Shown here: positions 55,296-64,000 of the stretch, one piece after another | How the letters are laid out: every line of letters begins with the position of its first letter | How positions within the stretch are numbered: the first letter of the stretch is position 1 | Origin: Picochlorum sp. SENEW3 | Taxonomy: Eukaryota | Direction of reading: 5' to 3' | Length of the DNA stretch: 64,000 nucleotides | NCBI GenBank assembly: GCA_034226945.1 | Contig: CP120454.1 | Span: forward strand, 930,001-994,000 | Made by a program: the position numbers and the translations under genes | The notes under the pieces: model-generated | What the model saw: only the letters and a program-made list of their open reading frames with translations | Told to the model about the DNA's origin: nothing | Database searches by the model: none

Positions 55296-56279
55296 ATGCA
55301 TTCTTTGCTTGTTGTTGTTGTGCTTGTGTGCGTTGCTGCCTTTGGTGGAGTAGCACGAGCGTTCCCAGTCTCGTGGAAGGCGCCAGGTAACTTGAGGACA
55401 GGGGATGTGCCACAGTTCATCTTGTTCACTCACGATGATAACACTGACTCGCGATCCTCTGGCTTCGTGACAGATGTGACAAAGAACTTTAAGAATCCTA
55501 ACGGATGCCAAATTAATGCGGCATTTTACACGACGGAGCGATACAGTGACTGTAAGACTGTGAAGAAGATGTATAATGAAGGGCACGAGATTGGAGGTCA
55601 TTCTGTGACGCATAGAAACCTGAAGAAACTTTCAGAGTCTGAGAAGAAGAGGGAAGTGTCTCAAGTGAGGGATTGGTTGATTAATACCTGCGGCATTCCA
55701 GCAAAAGATGTGAGGGGATGGCGATCACCATACTTGTCTGATGACAAGAATGTGAGAAACTACCTTGAGCAAGCTGGATATGAGTACGATACATCTCTTC
55801 CTGAGTACTTCAATTCAAATACTTCTCCAAAACCTGGAAGAAGACTCTGGCCATATTCATTGAAGAATGGAATCAAGCAGACTGATTCATGCAGATATTT
55901 TGGTTCCAATCTGAACAAGTGTGACAAGAACGAGAAGCACAATTTGATTGAAATTCCAATGTGGATGTACCAAAAGTCTCGCAATAGACCAGCGACTAAA
56001 AATCTGATGGATCCACCAAATGCATACCAAGTTTTGAAGGCAGAGTTTAGAAGAAATTACAAGGCTCATCGTACACCAATGGGAATTTGGACACATTCAA
56101 CGTCGACAAATTTCCTTAACAAGGCAAAGAATCGCGCAGAGATTAAAAAGTTTTTATCATATGCATTGAAGAAAAAGAAAACATGGGTGGTGACGCCTAG
56201 TCAGTTGTTGGATTGGATGGCAAACCCAGTACCTGCCAGCCAAATGCCCCAATTCATGTCAAAATACAAATGCAGCTAA
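55296..56279 (+). CDS. Secreted CE4 polysaccharide deacetylase (chitin deacetylase-like)
   Basis: Signal peptide; PQFILFTHDD, NPNGC, GHEIGGHSVTH, GWRSPYL, YDTS, LWPYSL, EIPMW, LLDWMANP. Confidence 0.88.
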   Translation: MHSLLVVVVLVCVAAFGGVARAFPVSWKAPGNLRTGDVPQFILFTHDDNTDSRSSGFVTDVTKNFKNPNGCQINAAFYTTERYSDCKTVKKMYNEGHEIGGHSVTHRNLKKLSESEKKREVSQVRDWLINTCGIPAKDVRGWRSPYLSDDKNVRNYLEQAGYEYDTSLPEYFNSNTSPKPGRRLWPYSLKNGIKQTDSCRYFGSNLNKCDKNEKHNLIEIPMWMYQKSRNRPATKNLMDPPNAYQVLKAEFRRNYKAHRTPMGIWTHSTSTNFLNKAKNRAEIKKFLSYALKKKKTWVVTPSQLLDWMANPVPASQMPQFMSKYKCS

Positions 56280-56355
56280 ACAAGAAAATTTTGCTTCTGA
56301 AAATTTACAAAATACGTCGTTATTTATGTTTCATGAGAATCGTTTAAAAATCTAT

Positions 56356-58680
56356 CTATTCTCCAGTTGTCATCTGATCATCCCTCGATTGGACTGCAAG
56401 CTCTTTCTCAGCATTTTGATTGTCATCGCTGCCATCTTCATCATTGCTGCCAATTGCATTTTTTAATACGCCACTAATATTCGCGAAAATGCCACCAGCT
56501 TCATCGTCATCCCCACTGTTCCTTTCAAAATATCCTGCTCTATCTTTGAAGGTATAGATGCCTTGCATGCTAGAAGGTCCTTCCCTTTTGGTAGAGGATT
56601 TATGGGATTCGCTGGCTTCCCCAGCTAGCAAGCCTGCTAGCTCATGGCTTCGCTGCTCCATATCACCTCGCATTGCCTGGGTCACGGGTAAAATCAAATT
56701 GGGATCCCAACCCAAGCCAAGAGACAACCTTGCACCCAAAGAGAGACCAGCCTCAGCTTCAGACAGGATGACCTCATCTGCTCCAGCAGCTTCCAATTCT
56801 GATGCATGTTTGAGGTCTATCGCTCTAGCCATGATTGGAACATCAGGGAAGGCACTGCGCAACGACGCTACTGCTGATACCGATCTTTGTCGTGCTGCAT
56901 AACACACAGCAATGCTCTTTGGAGTCTCAATGCCTGCTGCGTGGAGCACCTTGGGACGAGTTGCATCTCCATACAGAACATTGAAACCTGCCTCTTGTGC
57001 AGCGATCACGCGGGGAACCGTCAAGTCGAATGCAACATAAGACGTATCAAGAAGCTCAAATATATTGGCTACTGCCTGGCCAACATCGCCAAAACCACAG
57101 ACCAGAACTGGATCTTCAATGTTAAATCCCTCAGTCCCTTTGGACACATCATCTGCTTGGCTCTCAACAAATTTAGCCACAAAACTTCCAGCTTCTGAAA
57201 GTAGTGGTGTCACAGCCATAGATAAAACGACAACAATAATGAGCAGCTTGTTCAACTCTTCGGGTAACACTTTCAACTGAGACGCTAATGCGAGTAAAAC
57301 AAATGCAAATTCCCCACCCTGAGACAAAATGAATCCAGTCTTCACAGAATCTGATCGAGACAAGCCTACCGAAGGTCCCACCGCAGTGATTAAAGTAGCT
57401 TTAAGTGCTATAAGTCCAGCAAAGAGACTAAGCACGGTTGGCCACTCACGAATCAAGAGTGCCAAATCCAGTGATGCACCTGTGGTCACAAAAAACAGGC
57501 CCAACAGCAAACCTCTGAATGGCTGAATATCAGCTTCAACTTGAGCTTTGAAATTTGTCTCAGAAAGTAATACGCCTGATACAAAAGCTCCCAACGTATC
57601 CGAAAATCCAAGTTTCTGCGTGAGTAGTGATGCCCCAGTTACTGACAATAAACTCAATGAAATAAAAACTTCGTCTGATTTTGACGCAGCAGCCACCTCA
57701 AATACCCTTCTTAAAAATGTACGGCCACCAAGTAATACCAATCCTATTCCACCAAAGGTTTTCAAAATTGTAGGAGCTAACTGAGAAATAAGCTGACCAT
57801 TTGATGCTATATCAGAAATGTCAGCCCCACCCTGCCCCTCAATCAAAGGGAGCAGAACAAGAAATGGAATGGTTGCAATATCCTGAAACAAGAGAATTCC
57901 GAGTGTTGCTTGTCCAGAATTGGAACCAAGCTCGTTCTTTTCCTTCAGCAGTTGCAGTACAAATGCTGAGGAGGAAAGAGACAGGGCCACAGCGATTACA
58001 ACTGCCTCATCCACAGTCTTCAATTCTGCCAAGGAGGGAGGTGCATGCATCACCTTCTCCAACAATGTAGACATGACTCCATGTCCAGGAGGCAGGGAAA
58101 CAGCAAGAAACGCAGCCGTCGTCAACAACATCTGCAATGACCCTAATCCAAAGGCATACTTTGCCAACCTCTTGAGTTTATCAATCGACAATTCCAGTCC
58201 CATCTCAAACAAAAGAAACAAAACTCCCAACTCTGACAATTTTTCAATCTCGGATACATCTCTAAATAATCCCAACTGTCCCATCACGACGCCAGCAAAC
58301 AAATATCCCAGCACAGGACTCTGATTTGCAGACTTGAAAATCGGAACAACCAAGACTGTGGCACCCAAAAACAATAAAAAATCAGAACCCAGGGCAACGA
58401 GAGCATCTGGAGACGCATGTGGAACCCATGTAGCTTGTTTTACATCATATCCTCTGCCATTTCTACGATGATGCCGAGCTAGCCTCGAGTGCCGAGTTGT
58501 AACAAAGGCATGGGTAACACCACCAACAGCTGCGGTTGAGCACCGCCGAGTCTGCCGAGATGCTTCGCCAACTACAGAACAACTAAACAATCTCTGTCCT
58601 ACATGACTCGTGCTACAACCATGGCATGCCCTCCCGTGAGAGGACATGCGCAGACTCACTCCACATCCCGTCCCGAACAT
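56356..58680 (-). CDS. KEA3: Thylakoid K+/H+ antiporter KEA3-like (CPA2 plus TrkA-N/KTN domain)
   Basis: LFLLFEMGLELS, LPPGHG..LLE..H..DEAVVIAVALSLSSSAFVLQLL, GILLFQDIA, LSQGGEFAFV, CGFGDVGQ, YGDAT; first ATG at 58680. Confidence 0.9.
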   Translation of the reverse strand: MFGTGCGVSLRMSSHGRACHGCSTSHVGQRLFSCSVVGEASRQTRRCSTAAVGGVTHAFVTTRHSRLARHHRRNGRGYDVKQATWVPHASPDALVALGSDFLLFLGATVLVVPIFKSANQSPVLGYLFAGVVMGQLGLFRDVSEIEKLSELGVLFLLFEMGLELSIDKLKRLAKYAFGLGSLQMLLTTAAFLAVSLPPGHGVMSTLLEKVMHAPPSLAELKTVDEAVVIAVALSLSSSAFVLQLLKEKNELGSNSGQATLGILLFQDIATIPFLVLLPLIEGQGGADISDIASNGQLISQLAPTILKTFGGIGLVLLGGRTFLRRVFEVAAASKSDEVFISLSLLSVTGASLLTQKLGFSDTLGAFVSGVLLSETNFKAQVEADIQPFRGLLLGLFFVTTGASLDLALLIREWPTVLSLFAGLIALKATLITAVGPSVGLSRSDSVKTGFILSQGGEFAFVLLALASQLKVLPEELNKLLIIVVVLSMAVTPLLSEAGSFVAKFVESQADDVSKGTEGFNIEDPVLVCGFGDVGQAVANIFELLDTSYVAFDLTVPRVIAAQEAGFNVLYGDATRPKVLHAAGIETPKSIAVCYAARQRSVSAVASLRSAFPDVPIMARAIDLKHASELEAAGADEVILSEAEAGLSLGARLSLGLGWDPNLILPVTQAMRGDMEQRSHELAGLLAGEASESHKSSTKREGPSSMQGIYTFKDRAGYFERNSGDDDEAGGIFANISGVLKNAIGSNDEDGSDDNQNAEKELAVQSRDDQMTTGE

Positions 58681-59213
58681 CCTCTCACTGTTGCTCCTTC
58701 CTCGCTTCTGTCGCGTCAAAATTGGTTCAATCCTTGAGATATTGCCATACAAGAGTCAAGATTGGTTCATTGTCGTTCTCTGTAAAGTACTCCGCGTGTG
58801 GCTATGTTATCGATATCCGCAGGTTTCAAAGAATTAACGAGTATTTCAGATGGCATACATCTGTACGCGCATGATAATATAATTTTAGGCCCATAAGGAG
58901 GTTTTGTGTTGCATTTAGGGGTGACATTGTCGCTTTTCTACTGAGGTTGTTCGTAATATGATATTAAGCAAAATTTTCTTGCTGAAACCAAATATTTGGA
59001 TTACGCTACTCGTCATCATGTCGGTATCCCTAAGAAGTATTCATTTTGATATTGCTTAATATCCAGGGGTTTCCAAGTGTATTTTGGAATTGCGAATGGT
59101 AGAGAAGAAATTGCTCGGCGAGCCATGGCAGGAGCACGCGTGCTTTTGTAACTACTACTTGTTCTGATATTAATACCCTTGGTATTCCACGTCTTTATAT
59201 ATTTCCGTCATCC

Positions 59214-62180
59214 ATGGATCATCTCGACGGTTCTTCTCAGGAATCATCTCCAAAATCTAGGGGGTTGGACCGTATACCGTCCCTGTCTTCACAGTCCTAC
59301 AGTGACAAGAAGAAGAAAAAGAAGGGGAAGGGTCTCTTTTCGTACAGCAGGAAAAAACCATGGGAGGTGGTCAAGGAGGCATTTGAAAAGTCTTTACGAC
59401 CGCATTCGTTGGAAGAATTGCGTCGGGTGTATGGATCGTCTAGCAAGCATAGTTATGGATTTTTGGCTGAGAAGAGACAGTTGTATGTCAAGATAATTGC
59501 TGCCAAGGGTGTCCTCGCGCTGGATACCAATAATTTGAGCGACCCTTACTGCGTTGTATCAGTTGGAACAGATTCAAACACCACAAGAGTTGAAAAGAAG
59601 ACGTTGGCGCCCGTGTGGGATGAAACATTTGTCTTTGACGCAGCATGTCTCCAGAGTGCCATTGATGACGGGCTTCCCTGTCTTCGACTGGATCTGTATG
59701 ATTGGGATCATTTCTCGGCAGATGATTTTATGGGACAGCTTATAATACCTTTTCATGACATTGAGGAACGCGATCATTTGGGGTGGAGAAGTTTTCCAAT
59801 TAAAGGTGTGCGCAAAGGCAAGGAAGAGATACATGGAACACTGGAGTTGTGCATCTGGTTTGGAGATGACGAACATCAGGCTGGAATGAATCTTCAGCCG
59901 CAGCTTGGATTGTTAGGGGCTCCCAAGGTTTTACATCATCATACAGGAGACTGTATGATCGAAGAACCATATTTTGGAATTCTTTGTTTGAATGTTTTGG
60001 AGATTCATACAGGCACAGGAGATGCTGTGAGTACACAGGATGGTTCAGAAAATGGGCGACAGGCAGAGTTCAACCAGGCTTTGAAAGAGAAACAGGTCCA
60101 TGACTTATTCGACATAGATGGTGAGGAAGACGAGGATGCTGAAGATCAAGATGGGGATGCATCACCTCGTGGCCATGGGCGCATTGGTAATTTTGGATAT
60201 GTTCGTTCAACGCTTGGGAGTGTGACAAAGACGAGCCACTTGGTTCGACAGCAAGGCACACGAGTTCCTATAAATGACATACTCCCGTTTGTAGTTGTGC
60301 TTCCTATATTAGATCGAGAGATTCGGTTCGTGGTCTATATGACAAAAAAGAGTAAGAAGAGAGGTAGAGCCACACATGTTGCAGTTGTGTCAATGCATGA
60401 CATGTTGCCCCAAGACCTGGATGATCCAGAGGTCGATCTTCGACTTGTGGCACGGCGAATAGAAATATGTCTATCACCAGTTGTTGCAGGCTACCAAGAA
60501 GCGAGAATGCTGTTGTCAATCTCACTGGCAGATATGGATTGGCGACGGTCAAGAGCACATATGCCTCATATTCCCAAACCAATCGATAGAGGTTATATTG
60601 GTCTTTCGTCAGATCCAAGGCCAATGAGCAGATATCAACGAGCGACGATATCATTATATGAACAAGAAATTTTCATGTTGGGAAAGAAAACAGCTGGCGA
60701 ATTTGATGACTATCATGAACGAGCCCATAGGTGGGACGAACTTCAGTCAAGAGCAGGAGTGTTTGTCAAAGGAGCGATACAACGTCAAGTAGATAAAGGA
60801 TGGAATATGATGGATTGGGTCTTGGGGAAGGATACTGCAGAAATACAGAATACCTTGGCCAGTGTCCAGCAGAATCCTGTTCAAGTAGAACATGGGCATG
60901 AGGAGCTACCAAAACATTTACAGATTCCTGAAAGCAGAGGAACATTTTACCTTGGGCTGTCTCGAATCAAGATTCCATCTCTTTCTGCAGCAAACACACG
61001 CATTTTTGCTGTTATCAAGTTTGATCAGATGTGGTTCAGGACACGATTGCATCAGCCTGACAGCACTGGCACCGTGTTGATTGACAGTTTTGCTCTAAAC
61101 CTACCAATTTACGACCCAGCATCTATGATCACGATGGTTATTGTTCGAAGAGATCGGAAAAAGGAGTCTAAAGAAGTTACTCAGGGTCAATTTACTGTGA
61201 TTGGCAAGTTGAGGTTCAGGATATCCTCCTTGTCAAATAATGTTTCAGTCCTAAAAGACTTGCCATTTCTCAGTCAGAGAAATGTAGGAGGCTGTATTGT
61301 GGGGCATGCGCGATTTTCTCTCAAGGTTTCGTATGCTGAAGAAAAAGTTCGTCTCAAAGGATACTTTCCCCCAGCATATCCGAAAGAAAATTATGTGTTC
61401 AGAACAACCATGATTATGAAATCCCTCCAAGAAGAGAGGAGAAAGCTTCTATACGAGTGGATGAGCGCCTCTAACCCACCATTTCCTAAAGAAGCGATTG
61501 AATGTATCGAAAATATAGAGGTCAATGCCTTCCAGCTGAGCCGCCTTAAGACTAACCTGAGGCGTGTCAGAATTGCCTGGGGTACAATTACAAGTGCGAA
61601 AAAGTACTACAGGCTGCTTGCCTCTTGGAAGTATCCCTGGCTCACCAGAACTGCTTGTGTTTTCGCATTCATATTCACGCATTATCCTGTCCCATTCATA
61701 TCCGGCTTTCTGATCTACCTTGCATACCAGTGTTACACTGTTCGCCCAAAAGACCTTGGCATTCCTGAGGACATGGAGCAGGATACTGTCAGTATGATGG
61801 AAGTAGATACAACAGAACAAGAAGAAATGGTGACGGGCATCAAATTGGAGGTAGATACCGCCAATCCAGTCTTGAAACTCAAGAAGAAGCTAGACAGTGT
61901 GATGGGAATTCTTCTTCGCGTCCAAACTGTCTGTGATGGTCTAGCATCGACAATGGAAAGGTTCATCTCGCTCGCTACATGGAAGGATCCGTTAGCCACA
62001 ACAATCATCATCATCGTCTTGACGGTTGTTGCAATGCTCATCTTTCTCGTGGGACCCCGCATTCTGATTGCTGCCTTGCTGTGCTTTCTCATTCGGCCGC
62101 CCACTATGAGGAGTCCATGGACGCCAGGCCCGATCTCTCTGTTCCTGAAACTTCCTACCCGTGGCGAGCGTTTGGCATAA
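59214..62180 (+). CDS. MCTP/FTIP-like multi-C2-domain protein with C-terminal transmembrane (PRT_C) region
   Basis: C2 domain DTNNLSDPYC..PVWDETF..DWDHFSADDFMG; further C2 (IGKLRFRISSL); RVQTVCDGLASTMERF..WKDPLAT, IRPP.MR, FLKLPTRGE. Confidence 0.88.
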   Translation: MDHLDGSSQESSPKSRGLDRIPSLSSQSYSDKKKKKKGKGLFSYSRKKPWEVVKEAFEKSLRPHSLEELRRVYGSSSKHSYGFLAEKRQLYVKIIAAKGVLALDTNNLSDPYCVVSVGTDSNTTRVEKKTLAPVWDETFVFDAACLQSAIDDGLPCLRLDLYDWDHFSADDFMGQLIIPFHDIEERDHLGWRSFPIKGVRKGKEEIHGTLELCIWFGDDEHQAGMNLQPQLGLLGAPKVLHHHTGDCMIEEPYFGILCLNVLEIHTGTGDAVSTQDGSENGRQAEFNQALKEKQVHDLFDIDGEEDEDAEDQDGDASPRGHGRIGNFGYVRSTLGSVTKTSHLVRQQGTRVPINDILPFVVVLPILDREIRFVVYMTKKSKKRGRATHVAVVSMHDMLPQDLDDPEVDLRLVARRIEICLSPVVAGYQEARMLLSISLADMDWRRSRAHMPHIPKPIDRGYIGLSSDPRPMSRYQRATISLYEQEIFMLGKKTAGEFDDYHERAHRWDELQSRAGVFVKGAIQRQVDKGWNMMDWVLGKDTAEIQNTLASVQQNPVQVEHGHEELPKHLQIPESRGTFYLGLSRIKIPSLSAANTRIFAVIKFDQMWFRTRLHQPDSTGTVLIDSFALNLPIYDPASMITMVIVRRDRKKESKEVTQGQFTVIGKLRFRISSLSNNVSVLKDLPFLSQRNVGGCIVGHARFSLKVSYAEEKVRLKGYFPPAYPKENYVFRTTMIMKSLQEERRKLLYEWMSASNPPFPKEAIECIENIEVNAFQLSRLKTNLRRVRIAWGTITSAKKYYRLLASWKYPWLTRTACVFAFIFTHYPVPFISGFLIYLAYQCYTVRPKDLGIPEDMEQDTVSMMEVDTTEQEEMVTGIKLEVDTANPVLKLKKKLDSVMGILLRVQTVCDGLASTMERFISLATWKDPLATTIIIIVLTVVAMLIFLVGPRILIAALLCFLIRPPTMRSPWTPGPISLFLKLPTRGERLA

Positions 62181-62401
62181 CTTTTACACTGTCTAAAAAA
62201 ACTGTAATATTCCTTCAACTCTCTCAAAACCAGCCCCAAAGAGACATTTGTTTTATCTCTACCTTCACTCAGATACTAGTTATATAGGATTATATATCTG
62301 AGCGAGCGTGTGGTACTGGACACGTTTTTTGCTGATAGGTAGACCACTAGTGCAGTACTGCAAAGGATTGGACTACTGACAGTCACCTTCTCCCACATGG
62401 G

Positions 62402-62481
62402 GGCCCTACTTCTCTGTTCCTCAAACTCCCTACGCGTGGCGAGCGATTGGCATAATTTTTACACATTCTAAACTGTAATAT
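62402..62481 (+). repeat. Diverged duplicate of the MCTP last 17 codons, stop codon and proximal 3' UTR (source about 62127-62210)
   Basis: Direct alignment; the copy reads GPTSLFLKLPTRGERLA* followed by TTTTACAC...AACTGTAATAT, as in the source. Confidence 0.9.
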
Positions 62482-62542
62482 GCTTGTTTGATATCTAGAA
62501 ATACCAGAAACACGTGCTTTTTTCAACGTGAATACAATAACT

Positions 62543-63548
62543 ATGGGAGCAACGGACGACGAGGCTTTTTCCGTTGCTGATCTGTTTCAGGGCAGTCGAG
62601 AGGATATTGAAACTATTAATGGTAAAATAAGTGTCACAATCTACGGGGATCGCACGAAAACTCCCTGTATTGCGTACCCTGAAGTAGGTGTGAACCACCA
62701 AACTTGCTTTCAGAGCCTTTTTGTGGCGAGCGGACCTCAGTCTTTGATATTGAAGAATTTTTATACGATTTTTATTGATCCACCTGGTTGCGAGGTATGA
62801 TGAATGCGTCCATAGCGCTACTAGGCCTGTTATTATTAAAGGGACTACTACTTTTCTGCAGCCAAATGCTCAACGAGATGCAAGACAGAGACTCTCCATG
62901 AATCAACTGATATCTCAGATTGATGATGTCATCTCCAAGTTTGGAATAAAAGAATGCCTCGGCCTCGGTGTCGGAAATGGAGCCTATATGCTGGCCAAGT
63001 ATGCAGCAGAAAAGCCCAAGAATGCATTCATAGGTTTGATACTCATCTCTCCATCATGTAGAAAGAGTAGCTGGTGGGAGTGGGTAACAGGATCAATCAC
63101 AGCATCTCGACTCACATCGTTTGGATGGTCACGAGGAGTGAAACAACACTTGATGCACAGGTTATTTTCACCTGCCACCACCCAGTATCTTGGTGGAGAC
63201 TCTGATTTGATGAAATCATTCAGACGAGAAGTACAAAAATTGGATCCTATTGCTGTGTCACACTATCTGAAATCCAGTCTTGCAAGGGAAGACATACGCC
63301 CCCATTTGAAACAGATCAAGTGCAGAGTGCTGTTGATTTTTGGAGCCCAATCAATCTATCATGGGGAGAGTATGGAGGTTGCAAGTCATGTTGACAAATC
63401 TAAATTTGCTCTTGTCGAAATTGATCGGGCAGGCGTTCTGGTCAATGAGGAAAGGCCTGCCGACCTCTTGTCTCCGTTCCAACTGTTCCTCACTGCACTT
63501 CAGCTTGAGGGATATGGCATCGGCAGTGGTGCCATTGTCGGTGAGTAG
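62543..63548 (+). CDS. NDRG/NDL (Ndr family) alpha/beta-hydrolase-fold protein; exons 62543-62794 and 62862-63548
   Basis: ISVTIYGD..TPCIAYPEVGVNHQTCFQSLF, NF..IFIDPPG, GLGVGNGAYML, GLILISP, SWWEW, LVNEERP, FLTAL. Confidence 0.9.
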
Positions 63549-63767
63549 TACTGAGTATTGTGTAACTTTTTTGGTTTTACATCATGCAAAATTTTATATC
63601 ATAAGAGCTCTTTTCGTATCACATCGGCACAGTATATAATAGTAGGACATTCTATTCCTGATTCCTTCATTTTCAAATCAAAAGACTGGGAAAAGATCTC
63701 CTTGTCTTCTTCTTCTTCTTCTTTCGAGTTGAGTAGATCAAGGTTTCAATAATAATAAAGAGAATGT

Positions 63768-64000
63768 TTACTCTTCATCCACAAACCTTCCGCTTCCCTC
63801 ATTGATGGCAGCAAACAAGGTGAAGGCAATGAAGAAGAGGAGGAGTGGCTCTGTCTCGTTGAGTGGAAGTCCAGTCTCCACATCAAACTGAGCAAGGATT
63901 CCCTTTCCGGTCAAAGCCTCTCCAATCAAAGAGATGGCAAATCCAAGCTGGGCCATACGTCCAACGAACAACTCATTCTCCTTAGTGAATCCAAAGCCCT
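63768..64000 (-). CDS. psbS: Photosystem II subunit S, C-terminal part; 5' end lies beyond the window
   Basis: GFTKENELFVGRMAQLGFAISLIGEALTGKGILAQFDVETGLP..EPLLLFFIAFTLFAAINEGSGRFVDEE*. Confidence 0.93.
   Translation of the reverse strand, partial: GFGFTKENELFVGRMAQLGFAISLIGEALTGKGILAQFDVETGLPLNETEPLLLFFIAFTLFAAINEGSGRFVDEE

Overview
Eukaryotic nuclear DNA from a very gene-dense green alga: plastid-targeted PsbS, KEA3, TLP18.3/Psb32 and GrpE genes, short GT-AG introns of about 65-210 bp, TGTAA-type poly(A) signals and tiny intergenic gaps. A Picochlorum-like trebouxiophyte is my inference, not a database result. I can support 35 protein-coding genes (two truncated by the window edges), mostly housekeeping; several needed splicing to reconstruct, including a hidden ssSPT gene and a micro-exon NAA30 gene. 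No CRISPR array, rRNA, tRNA or intact mobile element was recognised. The most unusual signals are: (1) a ~470-bp hairpin-rich non-coding element head-to-head with POT1 (candidate unidentified structured RNA); (2) a duplicate of the MCTP 3' end whose differences are almost all synonymous; (3) convergent gene pairs with nearly abutting stop codons and candidate poly(A) signals inside the partner gene; (4) unusual domain architectures: kelch plus IQ, five Tudor plus two AT-hooks, and a secreted PAN / Gly-Tyr repeat / PAN protein. All family calls come from motif recognition by eye.
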